Source: Syntrophales bacterium
Lineage (GTDB): Bacteria > Desulfobacterota > Syntrophia > Syntrophales > PHBD01
DNA: 64,000 bases
Reading direction: 5' to 3'
Assembly: GCA_963668175.1 (NCBI GenBank)
Contig: OY764159.1
Location: 1,536,001-1,600,000, forward strand
A program made the position numbers and the translations under genes. The notes under the pieces are model-generated. The model was not told the DNA's origin. It saw nothing but the letters and a program-made list of their open reading frames with translations, and searched no databases. This document shows positions 1-8,640 of the stretch, piece by piece. Numbering within the stretch: position 1 is the first letter of the stretch; every line of letters begins with the position of its first letter.

Positions 1-141
1 GGCGTCGATGACGCGGGCGAAGGCCTTGGGGTCCATGAGCTTGACCCCTCCGCCGTAAACGAAGAGAAGGGCGAGCCCGATCCGGACCAGTCCGTAAAGC
101 CGTCGTGAGGAAACGATTTTTGTGATGTATTCCCGCTTCAT
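1..141 (-). CDS. DoxX/MauE-family membrane protein, N-terminal part (runs off window start)
   Basis: Manual translation from ATG 141: MKREYITKIVSSRRLYGLVRIGLALLFVYGGGVKLMDPKAFARVIDA; RxxLxxxFxxxGxxKLxDPxxF is the MauE/DoxX N-terminal pattern. Confidence 0.7.
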   Translation of the reverse strand, partial: MKREYITKIVSSRRLYGLVRIGLALLFVYGGGVKLMDPKAFARVIDA

Positions 142-378
142 GGAAACCGGACCGAAGACGATGCGTTCATTCCGAATCTGAAAGTGAGTTTCCTATATAA
201 CAGAAGGGGATAGATATCCAATTCTATATATGAATAAAAGTAATAAAGATCATAGCCGCATGGCATAACTTCCCGGGTCGCTTCGGATCTCCGATATGGC
301 GAAACGAGAAACGGATGCCGCGCGAAGGCCCTGTTTACACTCGCCGCGGTCGATGACGGGCCGCTGCCGGCAGAGGCT

Positions 379-1404
379 TTATTTCATGAGATTGCTGGCC
401 CTGACGCCGATGAGGCGGACGCGCTTGTCCAGGGAGATGCGCTTGAGGCAGGCAAAGGCCGCTCTCCGGGCCTCTTCTTCCGAATCGGTATAATCGGGGA
501 GCGTTTTGGCCCTCGTCAGGGTCTGGAAATCGTGGAACCGGATCTTGATCGTGATCGTCCGGGTCCTGTAGCCCTGGTCCTTCAGGTCAGCCACGACCTC
601 CCTGGTCAGACCCGCGAGGCAGCGGGCGATAATCTGCCAGTCCCGAATGTCGTTCTGGAAGGTTGTTTCCCGGCTGACGGACCGGGGTTCCCAGTGGGTG
701 ACGAGGGGGCTGTCGTCGATTCCGTGGGCGGCGTCATGGAGATAGGCGCCGTAGGATGCGCCGAAGACGGCAATCAGCTTTTCCGTCGGAAACCCGGCCA
801 GTTGACCGATCGTGTCGATTCCCGCTTCTTTCAGGCGCGTCTCCGTTTTGGGGCCGACGCCGAAGAGCTTGCGGATGGGGAGCGGCCATATCCGGGCGGC
901 GACATCCTGCTCCGTGAGAATGGTGAGGCCGTCGGGCTTCTCCAGGTCGGAGGCGATCTTGGCCAGAAGCTTGTTGGGGGCGACGCCGATGGAGCAGGTG
1001 AGGCCCGTCGCTTGCCGGATGCCGTCCTTGATCCGCCGGGCGATCTCCACGGAGGAGGATGGGACATCGGTGAGGTCCAGATAGGCCTCGTCGATGCCGC
1101 CGCTTTCCATGACGGGGCTGGCATCCGCCAGGACTTTCTTGAATTTATGGGAGGCTGCTGTGTAGGCTTCGAAGTCCACCGGCAAATAGACGGCGTGGGG
1201 ACAAAGCTTGTAGGCCGTCTTCAGGGGCATGGCGGAATGGACGCCGTATTTGCGCGCCTCGTAGTTGGCCGTGGAGACGACGCCCCGTCGCGAGGGATCG
1301 CCCCCGCCACCGATGACCACGGGCTTCCCCGTTAGGGCCGGATTCCTTCTCTCTTCCACGGCGGCGAAAAAGGCGTCCATGTCGCAATGCAGGATTCTTC
1401 TCAT
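379..1404 (-). CDS. dinB: DNA polymerase IV (Y-family)
   Basis: ILHCDMDAFFAAVE, STANYEARKYGV, GIDEAYLD, KLLAKIASD, FGVGPKT motifs; start moved to ATG 1404 (MRRILH). Confidence 0.95.
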   Translation of the reverse strand: MRRILHCDMDAFFAAVEERRNPALTGKPVVIGGGGDPSRRGVVSTANYEARKYGVHSAMPLKTAYKLCPHAVYLPVDFEAYTAASHKFKKVLADASPVMESGGIDEAYLDLTDVPSSSVEIARRIKDGIRQATGLTCSIGVAPNKLLAKIASDLEKPDGLTILTEQDVAARIWPLPIRKLFGVGPKTETRLKEAGIDTIGQLAGFPTEKLIAVFGASYGAYLHDAAHGIDDSPLVTHWEPRSVSRETTFQNDIRDWQIIARCLAGLTREVVADLKDQGYRTRTITIKIRFHDFQTLTRAKTLPDYTDSEEEARRAAFACLKRISLDKRVRLIGVRASNLMK

Positions 1405-1427
1405 GAACGCCGGTGTAGCACAGGAAG

Positions 1428-1661
1428 CTAACGCATGCATATCGAAAAGAGAACGGGCAGGAAGTAAAGCATGGCGACGGCGATGCCGAACCAGCACATG
1501 CGGTCCAGCCATTTTTCGTGCTGCATAAGTTTCTCCTCCCAGGTGGTTTCTTCAACAAGATAGCAAACATATTCGCATATGGTCGGCCGAGCGGCTTTCG
1601 GTTCCGCCGGCCATACGCAGGCGGAGCGGATATCGGAGGCGATGATGGTCTCTTTGGACAT
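1428..1661 (-). CDS. small hypothetical membrane protein (77 aa)
   Basis: RBS AAAGGA before ATG, one C-terminal hydrophobic helix, ends 23 bp before dinB on the same strand. Confidence 0.5.
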   Translation of the reverse strand: MSKETIIASDIRSACVWPAEPKAARPTICEYVCYLVEETTWEEKLMQHEKWLDRMCWFGIAVAMLYFLPVLFSICMR

Positions 1662-1737
1662 GGGCGGTTCCTTTTCTCTATAAATTTTTACTTCTCCCGA
1701 CGCCTGACGGGATGGTTCTTCTTGTGGCCCAGTATTT

Positions 1738-1761
1738 ATAGTACGATCGTACTATTGTCAA
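1738..1761 (-). promoter_or_regulatory. sigma-70 -35 box with adjacent perfect 18-bp palindromic operator
   Basis: Minus-strand TTGACA (1756-1761) followed directly by ATAGTACGATCGTACTAT (1738-1755). Confidence 0.65.
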
Positions 1762-2027
1762 GAAAAAAATGGACCGTGAACAGGAGGAGATGCCTTGCCC
1801 GGGGGGCCGCTGTGTTAAAACGACAAATCATACAAGGAGGATAGTCTCCGGGCGGTGGTTTGAAGGGGGCATGTAATACGCATAACGCATTTGCATTACA
1901 AATATAGATAAATGTAGAGATAGCGACAATCATCAAAATAACGGGCACTTAAAATTTCACGGCAAGCCCCTGTCTTTTTCTCACGGTAGTATTAGAAGTG
2001 GACTAGGTTTTTTTACTTTAATCTTTA

Positions 2028-2215
2028 TGTCGGATTGTTTTACAGGTCAGATCTGTTAAGAATTGTAAAATAAAACGGGGGATTGGCGATTAGGGCTCCT
2101 CCCAGTGCACCTTTTCTGTCAGGATATTTTACAGTATACATAATGCTTATAATAGGTGGATAAGTATCAAAAGGCCAAGATATCATGTGCTTGCTTCGTA
2201 GGCACGGGAATTGCT
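2028..2215 (+). promoter_or_regulatory. two TGT-N11-ACA enhancer sites plus sigma-54 promoter of PEP-CTERM gene 1
   Basis: TGTCGGATTGTTTTACA 2028-2044, TGTCAGGATATTTTACA 2117-2133, TAGGCACGGGAATTGCT 2199-2215 (GG-N10-GC). Confidence 0.85.
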
Positions 2216-2309
2216 ACTAACATTAAACAGCAAAGACGTGTGTCGCGTAGAAACGGTCTTTGCATTCGGTGAGGAGAATAAGAGAAAAATATCGATAAAG
2301 GGGGAATTT

Positions 2310-2831
2310 ATGAAAAAGATTGCAGTAGCACTTATGATGGTGAGTATGTTGGTTTTTGCGGGAAGCGCTATGGCGCTGACATGTCCCGACTGTTATGTGA
2401 CGTTGACCGATGATCCCAATCTTAAAATAATTCATGATGGTACGCCATCTTATTATCAGAAGACCTTCGATATCACGGTCGGCGCCCATCCCTACCAGCC
2501 CGGCGTAGATTCAATAGATTACGCATACGTCCAGATTTGGCTTAAAGATGATAATGACACATCCTATGAATCGGGCCAGATCTTACTTGATGGTCATACG
2601 AAAACTACGTCCATCGGTTATAACAGTTTCGACGTCGATTCATACCTGAACGACGGTATACTGATTGTACGTGTTACGGCCACGGCAGGCGATTTCATAG
2701 TTGATTATGTTCAGCTGGACGTGAGATTCGATGATTGTCCTACGACGGGTGTTCCCGAGCCCTCGACGATGCTGCTTCTGGGCTTCGGTCTGGCCGGTGC
2801 CGCCTATGCCAGGAAGAGATTCAGGAAATAA
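2310..2831 (+). CDS. PEP-CTERM sorting-signal surface protein 1
   Basis: RBS AAGGGGG; signal peptide MKKIAVALMMVSMLVFAGSAMA; C-terminal VPEPSTMLLLGFGLAGAAYARKRFRK. Confidence 0.93.
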   Translation: MKKIAVALMMVSMLVFAGSAMALTCPDCYVTLTDDPNLKIIHDGTPSYYQKTFDITVGAHPYQPGVDSIDYAYVQIWLKDDNDTSYESGQILLDGHTKTTSIGYNSFDVDSYLNDGILIVRVTATAGDFIVDYVQLDVRFDDCPTTGVPEPSTMLLLGFGLAGAAYARKRFRK

Positions 2832-2854
2832 CGAAGGTTTGACTTAACCTCACA

Positions 2855-2893
2855 GGGAGGCAGGGCTCATACAGGGTCCTGCCTCTTTTTTTT
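2855..2893 (+). terminator. intrinsic terminator
   Basis: GAGGCAGGGCTC...GGGTCCTGCCTC stem followed by a T-tract. Confidence 0.8.
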
Positions 2894-3301
2894 GTGCCGT
2901 TGTTTGTTTGCCGCCAACCCGAGTCGTACGCGTTGATCTCCCCCGCAATAGCGGTTTCGCCGAAGCCATCGTCCCTCGTCCGAGACGATGCGGGATTGGT
3001 TGCCCTCCGCAGGACGGATCCGTTTCTTCTCCATGCCTGCTATGCCTCGCACGATCGCCGGAAATAAAAAGACACCCTCGGAGCGCCGGCCTCAACTGCC
3101 CGTGTATTTGGGAGTCGGGAACGTCTTGACATAACATACGGATATGAAATAGAAAATAGGATAAATAGCAGAATCGTCTGCGAAAATGTAATGCAGCAGC
3201 CGACTGGGAGAGGCAAGACGGTCAAATATTTCTTCGGAAGATCGTCCTATAGGAGGACCGATTTCCGAACCAGTGCGACTTCTCCTGGCCGGCCGACTTT
3301 C

Positions 3302-3488
3302 TGTCGATTTGTTTTACAAGGCAAGAAATTGTGGAATAACTAGACAGAACAGAAAGATAGCGGCAAAAGGCGGCTAAATTGCTGCTTTGCTGTCGGGATA
3401 CTTTACAGTATCAACAAGCCGGGCATACCAGAAATACAGATATTGCGTAGCGATAACAATTGGATACGTTTTAGGCACAAGACTTGCT
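3302..3488 (+). promoter_or_regulatory. two TGT-N11-ACA enhancer sites plus sigma-54 promoter of PEP-CTERM gene 2
   Basis: TGTCGATTTGTTTTACA 3302-3318, TGTCGGGATACTTTACA 3391-3407, TAGGCACAAGACTTGCT 3472-3488. Confidence 0.85.
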
Positions 3489-3565
3489 TTACAAACGTAT
3501 AAAGAGGTGTATGGCGAAGCAATACTGACGTATAACCAATAATAAAATATAAAAAGGGGTGTAAG

Positions 3566-4141
3566 ATGAAAAAAATCGCAGTGGCAATTATGATGATCGG
3601 GATGTTGGTCTTCGCAGGGAGCGCGATGGCGTGCGAATACCCGAATTGCGGCGCCGGGGCGGTGTATTATGATGGTTCGGTGACGTTGAACCAAACGCTG
3701 TCGGGCAAATCCTCCTATACATGGACGATGAGTACGCCCACAGCTTTAAGCGTGCCGCCCGATACGGTTAATTGGGCAATGGTAACGCTCTATGCGTATG
3801 ATGTCAGCGGCAGCAACGACATAATCACTATCAAGGGATCAGGCTTTGGGGCGCTACAGAACGAGACCTGGGTTTGGGATTGGTCGTCTTGGTCGTGGGT
3901 GGCTGAGGGGCAGGAAATTTTAATTACTTCGTTGTTTGGTTCCTGGACCAGCGGCCAACTGTTAACGTTGACGTTAAATTATGACGAACAGGGCAGAGGC
4001 AATTCTCTGACCTTGGTCAGCTCCGAACTGGAAATTTGCTATACCAACGGCAATACCCCCGTTCCCGAGCCCTCGACGATGCTGCTGCTCGGCTTCGGTC
4101 TGGCCGGTGCCGCCTATGCCAGGAAGAGATTCAAGAAATAA
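3566..4141 (+). CDS. PEP-CTERM sorting-signal surface protein 2
   Basis: Signal peptide ending FAGSAMA; C-terminal VPEPSTMLLLGFGLAGAAYARKRFKK. Confidence 0.93.
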   Translation: MKKIAVAIMMIGMLVFAGSAMACEYPNCGAGAVYYDGSVTLNQTLSGKSSYTWTMSTPTALSVPPDTVNWAMVTLYAYDVSGSNDIITIKGSGFGALQNETWVWDWSSWSWVAEGQEILITSLFGSWTSGQLLTLTLNYDEQGRGNSLTLVSSELEICYTNGNTPVPEPSTMLLLGFGLAGAAYARKRFKK

Positions 4142-4165
4142 CGAAGTCTGGTTATAGCTTCACAG

Positions 4166-4202
4166 AGAGGCGGGGCCTTTAAAGGCCCCGCCTCTTTTTT
4201 TT
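4166..4202 (+). terminator. intrinsic terminator
   Basis: AGAGGCGGGGCCTTT/AAAGGCCCCGCCTCT stem followed by a T-tract. Confidence 0.85.
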
Positions 4203-4620
4203 GATACTGTTTGCCTGGCCGCTTGTGTTTCCCCGCCTTCACCATGGTATCCCCTATATAGGAAGCCGAAGCATCTTGCCTAATACACCACTGCACGATC
4301 GGCCGCCTTCCCCCGAATGGGCCCGCTTCTGTTCCATATCCGGTATTTATCCGCGTCTGCTAAGGCGGGTTTCTTCGGGGCGTTCGACTCGGCTCTCGGC
4401 GATTTTAAGGGGCAGTACACTGAGGCGCAAACGCCTGCTTGTAAAGAGAGGATATAAGCTCAAGAACCGCAGCGGCCGCAAGAATGTTATGCATATGTTG
4501 AAAAACGCAAGACGGCGGATGACGGTGCGTTGATCGGCGCAATTTATTCATGGAAAAGTTTCCTTCTCGGAAAGGGCGCTTTTCCCTGGCTGCATGATTT
4601 TTCTTGACAGGTCTCCTTTT

Positions 4621-4808
4621 TGTCGGCTTGTTTTACAAGACCGATGATTTTGGATAGAACAAATAAAAACAATGAGATAGCGATATAAAACCTCCTGGCT
4701 GTGCCTTTTCTGTCGAAATATTTTACAGTATACGCAGACCGGAAAATAGCAATATAAGTGATATGATCAGTGATAACGTATAGTTGCGTTTTAGGCATGG
4801 GACTTGCT
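4621..4808 (+). promoter_or_regulatory. two TGT-N11-ACA enhancer sites plus sigma-54 promoter of PEP-CTERM gene 3
   Basis: TGTCGGCTTGTTTTACA 4621-4637, TGTCGAAATATTTTACA 4711-4727, TAGGCATGGGACTTGCT 4792-4808. Confidence 0.85.
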
Positions 4809-4892
4809 TGTATACCTTTAAAGCGGGGGGGTTAAGCAGTCGAAACCGCAATGACTAAAAAAATGAATAATAACAATAGCAGGGGGTGCAAA

Positions 4893-5444
4893 ATGAAGAA
4901 ACTTTTAGCATCAATTTTAGTGGTTGGGATGATGATTTTCGCGGGTAGCGCGATGGCATGTACCCCAACAGAATGCCCGGGAAATTATAGCTACTACTCG
5001 AATGTCTACTATTTCAACGATGGTGTCGGAATCACGAAGCATTCCTCGGAAACTCTGAGTTGGACTCAGCCCGTAACGAGCGATCTGACCGTTCCGCCCG
5101 ATATCATCAATTATGCAAAGCTCACGATCAAAGGATGGTGGGATAGCGGCAGGGGCCTTGTTCAGGTCGAAGGCGTTGCCATGGGCGCACTCAATGCGGA
5201 CGGGAGTTGGAATTGGTCGGCGACCGTGGATATTGGCAACATATTCTCCGACGGCTGGGTGCCGGCTGACAATCCGCTCAATGTTTCGATATATGTCACG
5301 TACTCAGCGATCAACTTTACCGAGTCCGACCTGGAGATCTGCTATAAGAACGTAAACACTCCCGTTCCCGAACCCGCGACGATGCTGCTTCTCGGTTTCG
5401 GTCTGGCCGGTGTCGCCTATGCCAGGAAGAGATTCAAGAAATAA
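4893..5444 (+). CDS. PEP-CTERM sorting-signal surface protein 3
   Basis: RBS AGGGGG, ATG 4893; signal peptide ending FAGSAMA; C-terminal VPEPATMLLLGFGLAGVAYARKRFKK. Confidence 0.93.
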   Translation: MKKLLASILVVGMMIFAGSAMACTPTECPGNYSYYSNVYYFNDGVGITKHSSETLSWTQPVTSDLTVPPDIINYAKLTIKGWWDSGRGLVQVEGVAMGALNADGSWNWSATVDIGNIFSDGWVPADNPLNVSIYVTYSAINFTESDLEICYKNVNTPVPEPATMLLLGFGLAGVAYARKRFKK

Positions 5445-5465
5445 CGAAGTTTCATAAAGAAAAAA

Positions 5466-5502
5466 AGAGAGGCGGGGCCCTAAAGCCCCGCCTTTTTATT
5501 TT
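5466..5502. terminator. intrinsic terminator, probably bidirectional
   Basis: A-tract, AGGCGGGGC...GCCCCGCCT stem, T-tract; lies between convergent PEP-CTERM gene 3 and moeA. Confidence 0.75.
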
Positions 5503-5577
5503 GTTTAAACAACATTTTCAGGAAAACCATCCGCGGGATGGCGTACCGGAATATGAGAAGGCGCGACTGTTTCGGTA

Positions 5578-6819
5578 TTAAAGGTACGATGGCGTCGGCG
5601 TCTGCAGGAGCGACCGGTCCAGGAGCTGGACGGTGACCTCGTCGCCTTTCCCGGCCCTCGTCATCTCCTCCGGCAGGATGATGAGGCCGTTCGCCCGAAC
5701 CATCGACTTCAAGATGCCCGATCCCTGGTCTCCTGTCGTTGCGACTTTAAAGCCGTCCTTGTCCCTGCGGACGACCGCCCGGAGAAAGAGCCTGGCTCCC
5801 TGGCTTTTGGTCACCTCTTCTTCGAGGATCGCCCTGACGGGCGTCCGGAACAGGTCTCGGTGCCCCATCATCTTGAGGATCGACGGCCTTACGAACTGCT
5901 CGAAAGAGATCATGGAAGAAACGGGGTTGCCGGGGAGGCCGAATACCGGTATGCCCTGAATGGCGCCGAAGGCCAGGGGCCTACCCGGTCTCATGGCCAC
6001 CCGCCAGAACTGCATGCGGTTTCCCACTTCTTTCATGATGTCCTTGACGAGGTCGTAGTCCCCTACCGAAACTCCCCCCGACGAAATGATGATATCGGCC
6101 CGCGAGGCCGATTGCAGTTTGGCGATCAGGTCTGCACGGTTGTCCCGGGCGATGCCTAGCTGGAGAGGAACGGCGCCGGATTCGATGACCTGGGCGGCCA
6201 GGGAGTAACTGTTGGAGCTGACGATGCTCCAGGGCGACGGCGGCCCGTCGATATCGACCAGTTCGTTGCCCGTCGCCAGGACGGCGACCACCGGCCGCTG
6301 GTGGACCGAGACGAAGGAGCGGCCCAGGGAAGCCATCATGCCGACTTCGGCGGGTCTCACAACCGCACCTCGGCGGATGACCGTGTCTCCTGCCTGCACG
6401 TCTTCTCCTGCACGCCGTATGTCCTGGCCTTTCCTGACCTCGACCATGATGCGGACTTTACGCCCGGACTTCTTCGTATCTTCCATGCGCAGCACGGCGT
6501 TGGCGCCGGGCGGGATGGGGGCGCCCGTCATGATGCGGGCGGCCTGTCCTTCCCCGATCTTGAAACGGGGAATGACGCCGGCGGGAATGTCTTCCGTGAC
6601 ATCGAGAAGAACCGGGGTCCTGGGAGATGCGCCCCGCGTATCCTGCCATCTCAGCGCGTAGCCGTCCATGGCCGAATTGTCCTTCGGAGGGATGTCCCGG
6701 GGGGCCGTGATGTCTTCGCCCAGCACCCGTCCCAGGGCGTCCAGGATGTTGACCTTCTCCAACCCCAAGGGGGCAAAAGCGCCCAATATCTGCTCAAGGG
6801 CCTCTTCAACGTGTATCAT
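5578..6819 (-). CDS. moeA: molybdopterin molybdotransferase MoeA
   Basis: DNSAMDGYA, RIMTGAPIP, ATGNEL, SGGVSVGDYD, GLPGNPVS motifs. Confidence 0.95.
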   Translation of the reverse strand: MIHVEEALEQILGAFAPLGLEKVNILDALGRVLGEDITAPRDIPPKDNSAMDGYALRWQDTRGASPRTPVLLDVTEDIPAGVIPRFKIGEGQAARIMTGAPIPPGANAVLRMEDTKKSGRKVRIMVEVRKGQDIRRAGEDVQAGDTVIRRGAVVRPAEVGMMASLGRSFVSVHQRPVVAVLATGNELVDIDGPPSPWSIVSSNSYSLAAQVIESGAVPLQLGIARDNRADLIAKLQSASRADIIISSGGVSVGDYDLVKDIMKEVGNRMQFWRVAMRPGRPLAFGAIQGIPVFGLPGNPVSSMISFEQFVRPSILKMMGHRDLFRTPVRAILEEEVTKSQGARLFLRAVVRRDKDGFKVATTGDQGSGILKSMVRANGLIILPEEMTRAGKGDEVTVQLLDRSLLQTPTPSYL

Positions 6820-6890
6820 GGGGCAACCTAACCTGTTCTGTTTTATATAGCATTAGTGATCATCACAGAAACGCCCCGCCCTGTCAACGA

Positions 6891-7781
6891 TTAAAGTCGT
6901 GTAAAAATGCCGTCGTCGTTCCTTACGACGAGACGGCGCGCTTCGAGACGGTCAAGATGCTTTTTGACGAGGGCCCTCTCTCCGAACTCGAAGAAGGCGA
7001 GGGGCTCACGGGGCTTTCCATACATGAGCCACGCGGAGAGGATGTCGTCCAGGGTGCGGGGCTTCCTGAGGAAATCGAGGAGTCGGTTCTCCCGTTCGTA
7101 GATGACGCCTTCGAACTCTTCCCAGCGCACCCCGGGGTTCTCCTCGAAAAGTCCCGTGTCGTGGCCGGTGATCCAGGTTCGGGCCGGGATGTCCTTTAAT
7201 TTCTTGAGGGAGGATACGGTATCGTCGATGTCCGAGTAAAGATCGCCGTACCAGGGGCCGAAGGAGGTCAGATCGTAGTCGCCCAGAAAGAGAAGCCCCT
7301 CTTCACGGAAGAAAAAAGACAGGTGCCCCGGCGTATGGCCCGGCGTGGGAATCACTTCCACCGTAACGGGACCGAAGCGCATGATCTCCCCGTCCTTGAG
7401 GAAATGTTCGATCTGCCGCGGCTTATAGTTGAACTGTTCGAGGAAGGACTTTCTAAAGAACAAGCGTTGATTGTCCCGTTCGATATCGTACCAGTCGAGC
7501 ATACATTCGATATCGGTCAGGGGCGGCTTGTCCCGTTCGGAAATCCGGATCGGACGGCCGGGGAAGAGATCGAGATAAGTGATATGGTCCTCGTGCCAGT
7601 GGGTGAGCCATATTGCGTCCACACCCTCTTCGTCCCGCAGACGCAGGAGCTTCTCCCTGCTTGCCGCCGGATCGATGAGGACCCTGGCCCCTTCGATGTA
7701 CACCGAATGACAGTACGGATAGCGGCCCTTATTCTCGCCGCGGATGAACCGGATCGGTCCGAATTGCCGGTCGACTTCCAA
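6891..7781 (-). CDS. metallo-beta-lactamase-fold hydrolase
   Basis: THWHEDH, PGHTPGH, GD and TGH metal-binding motifs; TTG start uncertain. Confidence 0.85.
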   Translation of the reverse strand: MEVDRQFGPIRFIRGENKGRYPYCHSVYIEGARVLIDPAASREKLLRLRDEEGVDAIWLTHWHEDHITYLDLFPGRPIRISERDKPPLTDIECMLDWYDIERDNQRLFFRKSFLEQFNYKPRQIEHFLKDGEIMRFGPVTVEVIPTPGHTPGHLSFFFREEGLLFLGDYDLTSFGPWYGDLYSDIDDTVSSLKKLKDIPARTWITGHDTGLFEENPGVRWEEFEGVIYERENRLLDFLRKPRTLDDILSAWLMYGKPREPLAFFEFGERALVKKHLDRLEARRLVVRNDDGIFTRL

Positions 7782-7937
7782 TCTTCAGAACCTCGTCTGG
7801 ATGTGGTATAAGACAATATATGAAATAGGGGAATTGCCCGTCAAGGAATAAGTATCGGCCGTGTCTTGTTTTTCTTGACCGGCAGGATTTTTTTCCTTAT
7901 AAAACGGTCCACCATTGAAACGAAAAGGGGATACATT

Positions 7938-8582
7938 ATGAGAATCATACTGCTGGGAGCGCCCGGTGCCGGCAAGGGAACCGTGGCCAAGCTGCTGACG
8001 GAGATTGACGGTTCCGTGCAGATTTCCACGGGGGATCTGCTTCGGGCCGCCGTGAAGGAAGGTACGGAACTGGGAAAAGAGGCCCAGGCTTATATGGGCA
8101 GGGGCGACCTCGTGCCCGATTCGCTCATTATGAAGATGATGGGGGTGCGCCTCCAGGAACCGGATTGCCAAAAAGGGTTCATCCTGGACGGGTTTCCCCG
8201 GACGATTCCCCAGGCGGAGGCTTTGAAAACGCTGCTCGCCTCTCTTAAGATCACGCTCGATTTCGTCGTCAATCTCGAAGTGCCGCGGGATGTCATCCTG
8301 GACCGCCTCACGACGCGCCGGACCTGCTCGAATCCGAACTGCCAGGAGATCTATAATGTCAAGAGCAACCCGCCGAAACCCGACGGGACATGCAAGAAGT
8401 GCGGCAGCCCAACCATCCAGAGGGACGACGAGACGGAAGAGGCCATCCTGAACCGGCTTGCGACCTACAACGAGAAGACCGCTCCCCTGATCGGCTATTA
8501 CGAAAAGGAAGGCCTCTTGAAGAACTTCCTGTCCGTGAGCAGTCAGGAGACCGTGGCCGAAATCAGAAAGGCCCTGAAATAA
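7938..8582 (+). CDS. adk: adenylate kinase with Zn-binding LID
   Basis: GAPGAGKGT, ISTGDLLR, LDGFPRT, CSNPNC...CKKC, QRDD; RBS AAGGGG before ATG 7938. Confidence 0.95.
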   Translation: MRIILLGAPGAGKGTVAKLLTEIDGSVQISTGDLLRAAVKEGTELGKEAQAYMGRGDLVPDSLIMKMMGVRLQEPDCQKGFILDGFPRTIPQAEALKTLLASLKITLDFVVNLEVPRDVILDRLTTRRTCSNPNCQEIYNVKSNPPKPDGTCKKCGSPTIQRDDETEEAILNRLATYNEKTAPLIGYYEKEGLLKNFLSVSSQETVAEIRKALK

Positions 8583-8640
8583 GGGCTATGCGCATCAAGG
8601 CGGCGGCGGGAGGTCCCGGCGGGAGCGGCCGGTATCAGGC

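Noticed and set aside
2211..2309. Upstream TTG start for PEP-CTERM gene 1, and ATG 4851 for gene 3
   Set aside because: TTG 2211 lies in the sigma-54 -12 box; RBS and signal-peptide alignment support 2310 and 4893
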